Source: an uncultured Gammaproteobacteria bacterium (GTDB lineage Bacteria > Pseudomonadota > Gammaproteobacteria > JAADHQ01). From it: DNA of 64,000 nucleotides. The translations under genes were made by a program, and so were the position numbers. The notes beneath the pieces are model-generated. The model ran no database searches, was not told where the DNA came from, and worked only from the letters and a program-made list of their open reading frames with translations. Where the stretch lies: assembly GCA_947258755.1 (NCBI GenBank), contig CAMYJO010000010.1, forward strand, positions 36,814 through 100,813, written 5' to 3'. Below, piece after piece: positions 46,386-56,421 of the stretch. Each line of letters starts with the position of its first letter. The stretch's first letter is position 1.

Positions 46386-47522
46386 ATGCCAATGTCAGCC
46401 AGTAATGATGAAAATATTGTCACTATAGCCGGCGCAGGCCCTGCAGGGCTGGCAGCTGCGATTGCATTGGCACAGGCAGGAAAAAAAGTGGTTGTTCATG
46501 AAGCACAAAAAGAGGTAGGGCATCGCTTTCAATGTGACTTTCAGGGGTTGGAAAACTGGACAACTGAGAAAGATGTACTTGAATCACTAAAAGAGCTGAG
46601 AATTACAACACGATTTCGTTATCGGCCCTGCCTGAGCGTTAGTGCATTTGATGCTTGGGGTCGTGAGTATCCGATCACAAGTAACAAGCCACTATTTTAT
46701 CTGGTGGAGCGCGGGCCTGGTTTAGGTTCACTGGATAATGCGTTATTAAACCAGGCACTGGATTTAGGTGTTGATGTGCGATTTAACAGTCGTATCAGCC
46801 ACTTCAAAGGATCCGGTGTTCTAGCCATTGGCCCGAAGGCCGCCGATGCCATCGCTGTTGGGTATCACTTTGAAACTGACATGCCCGATGGGTGCTGGAT
46901 TATTTGTGATAATAATCTTGCCCCAAAAGGCTATGCATACTTGCTAATATGGAATGGAAAAGGGACTGTTAAAACCTGTATGTTTTCCGGTTTTAAGCAA
47001 GAACAGGTGTATGTTAAACGTACCGTTGAAGCATTTGAAAAACTGGTGGGCCTGAAAATGATCAATCCCGTCCACCATGGTGGCGTGGGTAACTTCCATT
47101 TGCCAGCGCAGGCATTTGGTGGGCAGCGGCCCATGGCAGGTGAGCAAGCTGGTTTTCAGGATACCTTGTGGGGTTTCGGTATGAGACATGCCATTATTTC
47201 CGGTGTTCTGGCTGCCAAAAGCCTGAATGAAAATAGTGACTATGACAAGCTTTGGTCAGATGTATTAGGTAACCAGATTAGAACTTCAATCGTTAATCGA
47301 GCCCTGTTTGGTCTATTGGGTAATTATGGCTATCGCTGGTTTTTGAAACGACAAACCAGGCAAGACGATGTGGGTGGATATTTACGAAGACTGTACAGTC
47401 TATCATTTGTAAAGCGACTCCTGCTGCCTTTGGCGCAGTTGATTATTAAAAGTTCACGAATGGATAAAAGTTGTGATCATATAAATTGTGAATGTGTCTG
47501 GTGTAAGCATGGTAATCACTAA
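46386..47522 (+). CDS. FAD-dependent oxidoreductase (geranylgeranyl reductase / FAD-binding family)
   Basis: 'IVTIAGAGPAGLAAAIALAQAGKKVVVHEAQ' is a GxGxxG FAD-binding start. The length fits this family. Confidence 0.65.
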   Translation: MPMSASNDENIVTIAGAGPAGLAAAIALAQAGKKVVVHEAQKEVGHRFQCDFQGLENWTTEKDVLESLKELRITTRFRYRPCLSVSAFDAWGREYPITSNKPLFYLVERGPGLGSLDNALLNQALDLGVDVRFNSRISHFKGSGVLAIGPKAADAIAVGYHFETDMPDGCWIICDNNLAPKGYAYLLIWNGKGTVKTCMFSGFKQEQVYVKRTVEAFEKLVGLKMINPVHHGGVGNFHLPAQAFGGQRPMAGEQAGFQDTLWGFGMRHAIISGVLAAKSLNENSDYDKLWSDVLGNQIRTSIVNRALFGLLGNYGYRWFLKRQTRQDDVGGYLRRLYSLSFVKRLLLPLAQLIIKSSRMDKSCDHINCECVWCKHGNH

Positions 47523-47754
47523 TACATGTCAGTTCATGATATAGCTGTCATTTGAATCATTTGTTCGATTCTCGGAAAGTACTTTATGGACGGATTATTC
47601 TTTATAGACATTGACGAGTTTGTATGAGTAAACAAAAGATCTATATATGGAGAATATAGCAGGAAAGCAGCTATACTTTAGATGCTTAGAATAGTGGGGT
47701 GCGGCATGTGGCGTCTTTTATGAGATACATTGCTGGGAAAGTTTTGCAGTATGG

Positions 47755-48120
47755 TTGATGTTCTGGATGCTGGTTGTTGTGCTGCATCCATGTTGCGAGA
47801 TTATTGCCTCCTCAGTACCTCATGATCATGCTCAGTCACAAGGCGTGCATGCAGAACACTTCGCTGACGGCGGAGATGTTATCCCTGATCACCGACATTG
47901 CGAAACAAACGTCACAGATGTCGGCGATCTGGCCGTGCTCATCATCGCAAAGCATCAGTTAAATCTCCCTCATCCAAAATCTGATAAGCTTTTTGTTTGG
48001 CGCGAGTTTCCGTACGAGCTAACAGTAGTATCCCTTGCTTATGCAATACCTGCTTTTCACGGTCCTCCACCCGGCCCTCATAATTGGGTCTATCTGCAGA
48101 CACAGCGATTTCGAATCTGA
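47755..48120 (+). CDS. His/Asp-rich single-pass membrane protein, paralog B (N-terminal region disrupted)
   Basis: 'HPCCEIIASSVPHDHAQSQGVHAEHFADGGDVIPDHRHCE...VYLQTQRFRI' is a paralog of 35047..35442. The ancestral start 'MRYIAGKVL' (ATG about 47719) is out of frame because of a 1-nt indel relative to copy A. The ORF resumes at an internal ATG. Confidence 0.45.
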   Translation: MMFWMLVVVLHPCCEIIASSVPHDHAQSQGVHAEHFADGGDVIPDHRHCETNVTDVGDLAVLIIAKHQLNLPHPKSDKLFVWREFPYELTVVSLAYAIPAFHGPPPGPHNWVYLQTQRFRI

Positions 48121-48222
48121 TGACTTCCTTTGACCTGAGGTGACGCGTACTGACGTCATCGCGGAGTTTTGTTGCGGGGAAAAGCTTCCCTACGTGATAA
48201 CGCTATACATAAGGATTAAATC

Positions 48223-48336
48223 ATGACATACCATTGCCAGTTTTCAACAAGTTCAGCATTATCAGCCAGTTCGGTCTTGATGTTTCTTACCATGCCTTTT
48301 TTTAACATCAATAAAACCACGGGTTTCTTTTTGTGA
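48223..48336 (+). pseudogene. Remnant of a cytochrome c gene (N-terminal 37 codons then stop)
   Basis: 'MTYHCQFSTSSALSASSVLMFLTMPFFNINKTTGFFL*' aligns with the N-terminus 'MTFPCLFSPRSALSVGSALTLVTGLFLNIPVWAGG' of the cytochrome at 35545. The upstream 60 bp are conserved between the two copies. Confidence 0.45.
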
Positions 48337-48717
48337 CGATTACTGTGGCTGGCGCAATTCCTTTTATCCGCAGCACGAGTCCCCGCAGCTGTGCACGTGT
48401 CTCGTGTTTTGATACACAGTTAAGGACCGACCGCTCATTTCTCTGGAAATCTGTTGACCTGTGTGTAGGTTACAGGGTGTAGGTTTAAAAGTCCCAAGTC
48501 TGTCATATTGAGGTTGCGAGACGCGTATTTGTTGCCTGGAGACGAGGATAGAGTGGTAACGCAGTGAAACAAGTCAAGCGAGGCATCGGAGGGCGCGGAT
48601 TTGCGGGATATGGCCATATCTGGATGTGCAATCGGTGTTATTTAGGGGAGGTATTTGAATATGAGTAAAAACACCAGGAAAAAGCGGGGCAGCACAAGGA
48701 AAGGCGAATATGGCGCC

Positions 48718-49134
48718 ATGACAGTGAGCGAGCTTTCCCGCCGAACGGATGTGCCCGCGCACGTAGTGCGTTACTACTCGCGTATAGGACTGCTTAAGCC
48801 CGCGCGTGACCGCGGCAATGGCTACAAGTTGTTTGCCAGTGACGATGTGCCCCGGTTATTGTTCATCCGCAAAGCACAGACGCTCGGTTACACGCTGGCG
48901 GAGATCGCCAGGATCTTCGAGGAAGCCGCGCAGGGTGATTCGCCTTGCCCCGTGGTACGGGAGATCATCGCGAAGCGGATCAAGGAGAACCGGCATCGTG
49001 TCGATGCATTGCTGAGGATGCAGTCGCGTATGGAGAAGGCGGTCGTACAATGGGGTAAGTTGCCGGACGGTACTCCAAACGGGCACTCGGTTTGCCACCT
49101 GATTGAATCGGCATTAGAAAGCGGGCCAATATGA
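48718..49134 (+). CDS. MerR-family metal-responsive regulator (paralog 3 of 3)
   Basis: 'MTVSELSRRTDVPAHVVRYYSRIGLLKPARDRGNGYKLF' helix-turn-helix and C-terminal 'SPCPVVREI...SVCHLIES'. The ORF track opens at 48655. Confidence 0.75.
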   Translation: MTVSELSRRTDVPAHVVRYYSRIGLLKPARDRGNGYKLFASDDVPRLLFIRKAQTLGYTLAEIARIFEEAAQGDSPCPVVREIIAKRIKENRHRVDALLRMQSRMEKAVVQWGKLPDGTPNGHSVCHLIESALESGPI

Positions 49135-49340
49135 AAGGTTGATCAGATTTGACAAAATACTTAACCGACGGAATGACGGTGCCAGAGGACACAAAATGCC
49201 ATTATATGAACATAGTCAATATTGTAATTGAATATGGAAAATAAAAAGTGTTATAGAAAGTTTAACAATGAATCTTATGGTATTGTGGCGCGTAGATTTT
49301 CGCATCATGGTATCAAGATAAAAGGCGTCCCGTCAGGGAT

Positions 49341-49784
49341 GTGAACTACGAGGAAAAATCCTCATTTCATCTAGCAAAAGGAGTTACAACAATGAGTAAT
49401 ATGAGTCTACGTCGAGCAAGCAGGTCGGGCATGTTGGTACTGAGTTTGGCATTGTCATTTCCGGCGGCTGCAGAAATGAACGGCATGATGGGAAAGCAGA
49501 ACAAGGGTGACGGCATGATGCAAATGTCCGAGTTGATGCACGACATGGGAAATGGCATGGTGTCTATGGCCGGCGAGATGGATTATGGCAATCTTGATTC
49601 TGCGCAGCAGAAACAAATGGCAGAACGTATGCGTAAAATGGGACTTATGATGGACAACATGTCGAATATGATGGGCAAGGGCATGATGGATAAGGCACAG
49701 CAGAAACAAATGAACGATATGCGTATGCAGATGGATCAAATGATGAAGGGCTCCGTTGGTACGAAGCAGATGGGGCACCATTAA
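49341..49784 (+). CDS. Methionine-rich secreted protein (putative periplasmic Cu(I)/Ag(I)-binding)
   Basis: Signal peptide 'MSLRRASRSGMLVLSLALSFPAAA'. The mature part is about 25% Met, with repeated MxxM/MMxxM motifs ('MGLMMDNMSNMMGKGMMDKAQQKQMNDMRMQMDQMM') and a terminal 'GHH'. Confidence 0.6.
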   Translation: MNYEEKSSFHLAKGVTTMSNMSLRRASRSGMLVLSLALSFPAAAEMNGMMGKQNKGDGMMQMSELMHDMGNGMVSMAGEMDYGNLDSAQQKQMAERMRKMGLMMDNMSNMMGKGMMDKAQQKQMNDMRMQMDQMMKGSVGTKQMGHH

Positions 49785-49963
49785 GACAAAGGAGGTTTTT
49801 TAGCATAAAGCAGCGTTTGTTAAAATGTATGACCGGCCAGCGCGAAATCAGTGTTGGCCGGATCTCTAACTGAGTCTTAGGGCAGGCGCGATACTTATGA
49901 AAAACGGTAATCGAAATTATACGGACAGCATACAGGCCTATAAACCATGAACGAGGTGATGCC

Positions 49964-50175
49964 ATGAATTTTCGAAAAGTAACCGCCATCTTCCTAGTTT
50001 GGGTCTGGATAAAGTGGAAAAGGAACTGATCGGCTTAGGTGTTTCAGGCATGACAGTTTCCAAGACACATGGCTTCGGTGAGTATCGAAATTATTTTGCC
50101 AGCGATTCCATGTCCGATTGTGTTCGCGTGCCAGTGAAAACCCTTTTGCACATTCGCGAATTTACCGAGGTCTAG
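49964..50175 (+). pseudogene. Possible frameshifted P-II-like (GlnB-family fold) gene fragment
   Basis: 'MNFRKVTAIF' (frame 1), then in the +1 frame 'LDKVEKELIGLGVSGMTVSKTHGFGEYRNYF...'. This resembles the P-II 'MKKIEAIIKP..LDDVREAL.E.GI.GMTVTEVKGFG' pattern. The call is low-confidence. Confidence 0.3.
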
Positions 50176-50320
50176 CATGATGGATGGTATTGGCAGTATG
50201 TTTTTCGGTGGTGGATATATGTGCATATTCTGGATGCACTCGGCGAAATTGATCGCAAGGAGTGCCAGGAGAAAAGGCGCGAATTAGAAGGCTAACAGGT
50301 GAGTGGTGGAGTAAGCGCAT

Positions 50321-50683
50321 ATGTGCCATATCATTCTATTGATGCCGGTGTTGGCGATCCCGCTGTTCTGGTTTTTACCCTTGTTGGTGGCGGTACCTGT
50401 CTACGGCGTGATCTTAGTCGCATCGGGGTGGGTGTATTACCTTGCGATTCGAGTCATGCGGCGGCCGGTGGGAACCGGAATCGAGGCACTGATACACAGT
50501 ACCGGCGAAGTCGTAGGAAAAAAAGAGGGTGACCTGTTTCGCGTACGCGTACAAAGCGAGATCTGGAACGCCGAGTCGACGGACAATCTCCGACCAGGAG
50601 ACTGCATTGAAGTCATCAGCGTCAAGGGTTTGAGGCTCAAGGTACGCTGCCTTAGTGAGACGGCAACGGGCCCGCTGGTGTAA
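50321..50683 (+). CDS. NfeD-like short membrane protein (two transmembrane segments plus C-terminal OB-fold)
   Basis: Two N-terminal hydrophobic helices. Then 'GEVVGKKEGDLFRVRVQSEIWNAES...GDCIEVISVKGLRLKV', typical of the NfeD C-terminal domain. Confidence 0.5.
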   Translation: MCHIILLMPVLAIPLFWFLPLLVAVPVYGVILVASGWVYYLAIRVMRRPVGTGIEALIHSTGEVVGKKEGDLFRVRVQSEIWNAESTDNLRPGDCIEVISVKGLRLKVRCLSETATGPLV

Positions 50684-50969
50684 GGGTAGCCTTCGACATC
50701 CACAAGGGGTGACAGTGTTGAAAGAATAGGTGCCGTGATTCTGAATGTGGTGTGAAGAGTGCATGGCTCTACAACCAGTCTACGAATGGTACTCTGCTCA
50801 TTGGCGATGGTGACGATCTTGACCTGTCAGTAGGGTACATGTTGTAAGCTTGAATCTGAATACGGCGAGATGTTCTCCTGATCACGCAAAGTATGCCAGC
50901 GAAGTGTATCGAGGCGAGCTCAGCAAGCCATGATTCATAGTAATGCGTTTTACAGAGTGTGAATGAACG

Positions 50970-51332
50970 GTGGAAATTCTGGCAGGAAATCGCATGAAAT
51001 ACGATGTCACTTTGGTGCGGGATGTGGTGTGCGGAATGATGGTGGATCGGCATCTAAATGCGGTCGATTATTTAAACATGCACTTCGCATTCTGTTCACA
51101 GCAGTGCAAGGAACGGTTTCTGGCCAATCCGCATTTGTATATCGGGCACCCCGGCGACAAGGCCCCGAAGCAGCAGGGGCGGGAAGTCATCAAACGTCGC
51201 ACGCTGTCGTTGGTTGAACCGCTGTCCAGGGAAAAAGCCGATGAACTCATTGCCGGGCTGCAGGCTATGATGGGAATCAAGGCCGTGGTGGTTGCGCTAT
51301 GCAAGGTGGTGATTACGTACGACCTGCTGTAG
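50970..51332 (+). CDS. YHS/TRASH-domain protein with C-terminal extension
   Basis: 'DVVCGMMVDRHLNAVDYLNMHFAFCSQQCKERFLANPHLY' matches the YHS pattern (D.VCGM.V...Y.FCS..C...F...P..Y). Confidence 0.55.
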   Translation: MEILAGNRMKYDVTLVRDVVCGMMVDRHLNAVDYLNMHFAFCSQQCKERFLANPHLYIGHPGDKAPKQQGREVIKRRTLSLVEPLSREKADELIAGLQAMMGIKAVVVALCKVVITYDLL

Positions 51333-51543
51333 GTCACCGCTGAACAGATTGAGGACAAAATCAGTGAAGTTGGCGTTCGTCTCGGTGAGGGCTGGGCGGC
51401 GAAACTGAGAAGGGCGTTCGTGCACCACTTCGAAGAGATCGAGGTGGACAGCCTTGAGGAACGCTCCGATCCCTATGATCACCATTACTGAAGTAGTGCA
51501 CGCGTGACGTTACATATGCATCTAATGTCCAGGAGGAGTATCA

Positions 51544-51885
51544 ATGGATCATCGGCTGGGTAAACGAAGCTTAGTATCCCTGGATGTGATTATTCGTGAT
51601 CGTAATGGTTTGACTCAATCAGGTAGGGTGCAGAACATCAATGGTGATGGCATGTATATCCAAACTGCCTTACACGACCTAAAAAAAGGCATGGTAATAG
51701 ACATTGAACTCGCCAGTGGCTGTTCTTTACGAGCATGGGTTGCGCATACTGAAGACAAAGGTTTAGGGGTTATGTTTGTTTCATCTTCCGGTTGTAAGAC
51801 GGGTGAGCTCAATCACCCCATGTTCAGGAAATGTCTGAAATACCTTGAGGATCTTGAAGCTATACTTAAACAAAAGTTATTATGA
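51544..51885 (+). CDS. Possible PilZ-like small protein (113 aa)
   Basis: 'RLGKR' (RxxxR) near the N-terminus and 'NINGDG' about 20 residues later loosely fit PilZ motifs. The match is weak. Confidence 0.35.
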   Translation: MDHRLGKRSLVSLDVIIRDRNGLTQSGRVQNINGDGMYIQTALHDLKKGMVIDIELASGCSLRAWVAHTEDKGLGVMFVSSSGCKTGELNHPMFRKCLKYLEDLEAILKQKLL

Positions 51886-52182
51886 TCTGTATATAATGAA
51901 TTTTGGCGTGAAAAAATTATTATCGTAGAAAACTGATTTGTTGTTTGTAGTATTTTGTCTGAAAGCTTACATGTTATAAGGCGCAACGCGACATTAGATG
52001 GGCTAGGTTGGTGAAGTACTTTGAAGCAGACGGAGTTAGAGTAAGTGATGAAATACGCATTTATATGGATTTAACCGGCATGCCATAGCCATTATATCTG
52101 TCATGACTAAGAGTTCACAGAGATGCTTAGTCAACGAAGGTGAAAGCGGGCACAGATTGAGTTTGCATATGGGAGAATAGGC

Positions 52183-53268
52183 ATGACGGTTACAGATCCG
52201 GTATGTGGGATGGATGTTTATGATACGCGCTGGACCGTCGTGCACGAGAGTCGAATGTACGCGTTTTGCTCCGAGGGCTGCCGGGCGCTTTTTCTGCAAG
52301 ATCCCACTGCGCACCTGAGCCATGAGAGGGAAAAGAAACACTATGACCTTGTCATCATCGGCGGCGGCCCGGCAGGCCTGACGGCCGCCGTCTATGCTTC
52401 ACTTCAGCATCTCCATGCGCTCCTGCTCACCAAGGATCTGGGCGGGCAGGCAGTAGACACCACCAAGATCAAGAATTACATGGGCTATGATCTGATCACA
52501 GGCCCCGAGCTACTGGGCAAGTTCAGAGACCAACTCCTCACGCAAAAGTACATTGAACACCGCCTGGACGAGGTGCTGCGCGTGGAGCAGACGCAGGAAG
52601 GTTTTGCGATGCAAACACGCAACGGCTGCCGCTATGAAACGCCCGCAGTGATCGTCGCTACCGGCATGCATCAGCGCAGGCTTGACGTGCCGGGCGAGCG
52701 GCGCCTGCAACGGCGCGGAGTATCTTATCGACTCGTCCATGAGTTGGAACAGTACCAGGAGCACTCGGTCGCCGTTGTCGGTGGGGGTAATTCCGGCATC
52801 GAAGCGGCTACCGAGCTTTCCCGAATCGGTTGTGACGTCACGCTGGTTTCTACAGGGCCGCTGACCGGTGACGCCGACGAAATCGAGCAATTCATGTCCT
52901 CAGCCAATGTTGTTGTTTTGACTGACCACGAAGTGGTTGCAATCGACGGGGAAGATCAGGTCACCGGTCTGCGTGTTCGACCGCGTGGAGGAGGAGAGGA
53001 GCGTCGTCTGGACGTTACGGCGGTATTCATCGAAATTGGTTTTATGCCTAACATCGACTGTGTGGCACACCTGGTGCGCAGGAATCGGCACGGTGAGATT
53101 GAGACTGGTCACGATTGTAGTACCAGTGTCCAAGGTATTTTTGCCGCGGGCGATGTCACGAACGGCTACGGAAAGCGGATCATCATCGCCACGGGGGAGG
53201 GCGCCCGGGCCGCGTTGGCTGCTGGCGCGTATGCGCGTGCGCGTACGGCGCAGTATAAAGACAGGTAA
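52183..53268 (+). CDS. YHS domain fused to a thioredoxin-reductase-like FAD/NAD(P)-binding oxidoreductase
   Basis: N-terminal 'DPVCGMDVYDTRWTVVHESRMYAFCSEGCRALFLQDP' (YHS). Then 'YDLVIIGGGPAGLTAAVYA' (FAD), 'VAVVGGGNSGIEAATEL' (NAD(P)) and 'GIFAAGDV' motifs. No redox-active CxxC is evident. Confidence 0.7.
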   Translation: MTVTDPVCGMDVYDTRWTVVHESRMYAFCSEGCRALFLQDPTAHLSHEREKKHYDLVIIGGGPAGLTAAVYASLQHLHALLLTKDLGGQAVDTTKIKNYMGYDLITGPELLGKFRDQLLTQKYIEHRLDEVLRVEQTQEGFAMQTRNGCRYETPAVIVATGMHQRRLDVPGERRLQRRGVSYRLVHELEQYQEHSVAVVGGGNSGIEAATELSRIGCDVTLVSTGPLTGDADEIEQFMSSANVVVLTDHEVVAIDGEDQVTGLRVRPRGGGEERRLDVTAVFIEIGFMPNIDCVAHLVRRNRHGEIETGHDCSTSVQGIFAAGDVTNGYGKRIIIATGEGARAALAAGAYARARTAQYKDR

Positions 53269-53283
53269 ATCAAGGAGACGTTT

Positions 53284-54984
53284 ATGTTTGAACTTGACGA
53301 TTTCACCCATGAACCGCGCATCGCGTATTTTACCATGGAGATCGCTTTGCAAAACAAGATTCCCACCTACGCCGGGGGACTGGGGATACTCGCAGGGGAT
53401 ACCATACGCTCGGCGGCGGATCTGGAACTTCCCTTGGTGACCGTCAGCCTGGCTGGCCGTGCCGGCTATTTTCACCAGACCATCGACAGCGAGGGACGGC
53501 AGCACGAACAGCCGGACCAGTGGGATCCGGGCGAATGGGCCAGTCCACTGGAGGCGCGGGTAGCGGTGCCGATCGAGGGCCACCATGTCTGGGTCGGCGG
53601 CTGGTTCTATGAGCTGGAAGGACATATGGGCGGACGGCAGCCGGTGATCTTGCTGGATACCGATATGGATGAAAACAATGCCGCGGACCGGGAGATAACC
53701 CATTCTCTATATGGCGGCGATTCCGCCTACCGGCTCAAACAAGAAATCGTGCTCGGCATCGGCGGCGTGCGTATGCTGTATGCCCTGGGTTTTACGCTGC
53801 GGCAGTATCATATGAACGAAGGGCATTCCGCATTGCTGACGTTGCAACTGTTACGTCGATACGCCTATCCCGATGCAGATGTGCGGCCGGGCGAATCCCA
53901 TTACGATATTCCAAAGGTACGCGAGCTGTGCAACTTCACCACCCACACCCCGATAGAGGCGGGTCACGACAAGTTTCCTTATGATCTGGTCGAGCGCACC
54001 CTCGGGGATTTCATAGATGCGTCGACGCTGAAGCGCTTCGCCGGGTCGGACAATCTCAATATGACGCGCCTGGCACTGAACCTGAGCGAGTATGTCAACG
54101 GTGTGGCCAAACGCCATGCCGAAACCTCGCGGCAGATGTTTCCAGGTTACCGCGTGCGCGCCGTGACCAACGGCGTGCATCCCTTCACCTGGGCCGCGCC
54201 GAGTTTCCGCGAACTGTACGATGCGCATCTGTCGGGTTGGTGTCATGAACCCGAGGTATTGATACGCGCGGAGTGCTGTATTGCGGACGAGGACATTTGG
54301 GCGGCGCATATGGAGGCCAAGCAGGCGCTTTTGGTGGAGGTCAAGGCGCGGTGTGATATCAGCCTCGAACCGGATGTCCCTATCCTTGGGTTCGCTCGCC
54401 GCATGACTGCATACAAGCGCCCAGACTTATTGTTCATCGACATCACCCGTCTGAAGGCGATTGCAAAACAACATCCATTTCAGATTGTACTGGCCGGCAA
54501 GGCCCACCCTCAGGACAATGGCGGTAAACGGCTCATCGAAGCATTACATGTCTACATACGCGAGTTAGCCGATACTGTACGCATCGCTTATCTGCCGAAT
54601 TACGACATGGCACTTGCGGCCAGCATTGTCTCCGGCATCGATGTCTGGCTCAATACGCCACAGCGGCCGCTTGAGGCTTCAGGTACCAGCGGCATGAAGG
54701 CGGCCGTCAATGGGGTGCCGAACCTGAGCATTCTCGACGGCTGGTGGGAGGAGGGCTGCATCGAAGGGATCACGGGCTGGGCGATCGGTGACGGGACCGA
54801 CGGGTCCACGCAGGCGGAAGCCGATGCCTTATATAATAAACTGGAACAGGTGGTACTGCCCTTGTATTATCAGGACCGCGCGGGATGGATCGCGGTCATG
54901 AAAGGCGCCATCGCCAAGAACGCATCCTACTTCAATAGCCACCGCATGATGCGCCGTTACGTCAGTGACGCCTATGTCCACTAA
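53284..54984 (+). CDS. glgP: Alpha-glucan phosphorylase family protein (GT35, short form)
   Basis: 'YFTMEIALQNKIPTYAGGLGILAGDTIRSAADLELPLVTVSLAGRAGYFHQ' matches the conserved N-terminal region of alpha-glucan phosphorylases. Length 566 aa. Confidence 0.75.
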   Translation: MFELDDFTHEPRIAYFTMEIALQNKIPTYAGGLGILAGDTIRSAADLELPLVTVSLAGRAGYFHQTIDSEGRQHEQPDQWDPGEWASPLEARVAVPIEGHHVWVGGWFYELEGHMGGRQPVILLDTDMDENNAADREITHSLYGGDSAYRLKQEIVLGIGGVRMLYALGFTLRQYHMNEGHSALLTLQLLRRYAYPDADVRPGESHYDIPKVRELCNFTTHTPIEAGHDKFPYDLVERTLGDFIDASTLKRFAGSDNLNMTRLALNLSEYVNGVAKRHAETSRQMFPGYRVRAVTNGVHPFTWAAPSFRELYDAHLSGWCHEPEVLIRAECCIADEDIWAAHMEAKQALLVEVKARCDISLEPDVPILGFARRMTAYKRPDLLFIDITRLKAIAKQHPFQIVLAGKAHPQDNGGKRLIEALHVYIRELADTVRIAYLPNYDMALAASIVSGIDVWLNTPQRPLEASGTSGMKAAVNGVPNLSILDGWWEEGCIEGITGWAIGDGTDGSTQAEADALYNKLEQVVLPLYYQDRAGWIAVMKGAIAKNASYFNSHRMMRRYVSDAYVH

Positions 54985-55199
54985 CAGGCAGTTTAAAATA
55001 ACTCTGGCGGTGCGATCCGGTGTTGGAAAATGTCTCGGATTGCAGTGTCGCATAGAGATAAACTGTCATGTAAAATCGAAAACTGTTCCCGGCGTTTTTC
55101 TATCTCCTGCGTCCATGCAGTCGTCCGTTTTCTCATCATTTTTCGCCTTGTCTCGCACTCACCAGAAACTTTTTCAACAATATGCTCCCAGGAACGATC

Positions 55200-56411
55200 A
55201 TGCGTATTCTGGTATTTAACAGCGGCAGTTCCTCCCTGAAGTTCCAGTTGTTCGGGGCGGATGCGTATACACCGTCAAGCATACTGCGGGGGACAGTGCG
55301 CGACTTCGGTGATGAGGCGACCTGCGAATGGGTCTACGGCGGTGAGCGGGAGCGCATAGCGATCTCCGCGAGCGGGCACGCTGATGCCGCACAATGCGTG
55401 TTGGGTCTGCTGGCGAAATGTGATGACTCGGGCCAGTCATTACTCAGTAGCGTCACGGCCATCGGTCACCGCATTGTACATGGGGGTGACGTGTTTACCA
55501 CCCCGACCTTTATCACGGACCATACGCTGTCGCTACTCGATGCCTTGAGCCCGCTCGCTCCGTTACATAACCCGCCAGCGCTGGCCGTGCTACGGACGTG
55601 TCGGCAGCATCTGCGGGATGTCCCCATGGTCGCCTGCTTCGATACCGCATTTTTCTGCGGGCTGCCCGATTACGTGCACGCTTACGCGCTGCCCGCCGAA
55701 TGGACAAAACAGCCGCAAGGGATCCGGCGTTATGGTTTCCATGGGTTGGCACACCGTTATATGACTGAACGTTATTATGCGATCAGCGGCCAGGATCCCG
55801 AATCCAGCCGCATTATCAGCTTGCAACTGGGTCACGGCTGTTCGGCCGCCGCCCTACGCGATGGACGACCAGTGGAAACCAGTATGGGTTTCACGCCCCT
55901 GGAGGGCTTGATCATGGCCACCCGGCCGGGCGATGTCGATGTGGGTGTTGTCCTCAACCTGCTTGAGCGCGGCGCCGTCACAGCGCGCGAGTTAAGCGAA
56001 GGTTTGAATTATCGTGCCGGCCTGCTGGGGCTGTCCGGGGTTAGTTCTGACATGCAGACCCTGCTCGCCATGGAGGCGCAGGGTCATGTTGGGGCCAAAC
56101 TTGCAGTGCGGGCCTTTTGCCACCGCGCCCGCAAGTACCTCGGCGCCTATCTTGCCGTGCTCGGTGGTGCCGATGCGATCGTTTTCGGTGGCGGCATCGG
56201 CGAGCAGGCAGCCGGGATTCGCGCCCGGATCTGCGCCGGTATGGAATGGTGTGGCCTCGCGTTGGACGTGCAGGCCAACCAGGCGGCTATGGGCGTGGAG
56301 ACGCGTATCTCCGCGGCCGACTCGCGACTGGTGGCCTATGTAATACCGGTCGACGAGGAAATACTCATTGCACAGGAAACACTGAGTTGCGTGCGGGTAG
56401 ATCGGGCATAG
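55200..56411 (+). CDS. ackA: Acetate kinase
   Basis: '[18 protein letters not shown]' is the canonical AckA N-terminus. It lies immediately upstream of phosphoketolase. The ORF track opens at 55182. Confidence 0.9.
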   Translation: MRILVFNSGSSSLKFQLFGADAYTPSSILRGTVRDFGDEATCEWVYGGERERIAISASGHADAAQCVLGLLAKCDDSGQSLLSSVTAIGHRIVHGGDVFTTPTFITDHTLSLLDALSPLAPLHNPPALAVLRTCRQHLRDVPMVACFDTAFFCGLPDYVHAYALPAEWTKQPQGIRRYGFHGLAHRYMTERYYAISGQDPESSRIISLQLGHGCSAAALRDGRPVETSMGFTPLEGLIMATRPGDVDVGVVLNLLERGAVTARELSEGLNYRAGLLGLSGVSSDMQTLLAMEAQGHVGAKLAVRAFCHRARKYLGAYLAVLGGADAIVFGGGIGEQAAGIRARICAGMEWCGLALDVQANQAAMGVETRISAADSRLVAYVIPVDEEILIAQETLSCVRVDRA

Positions 56412-56421
56412 GGTTTTCACT

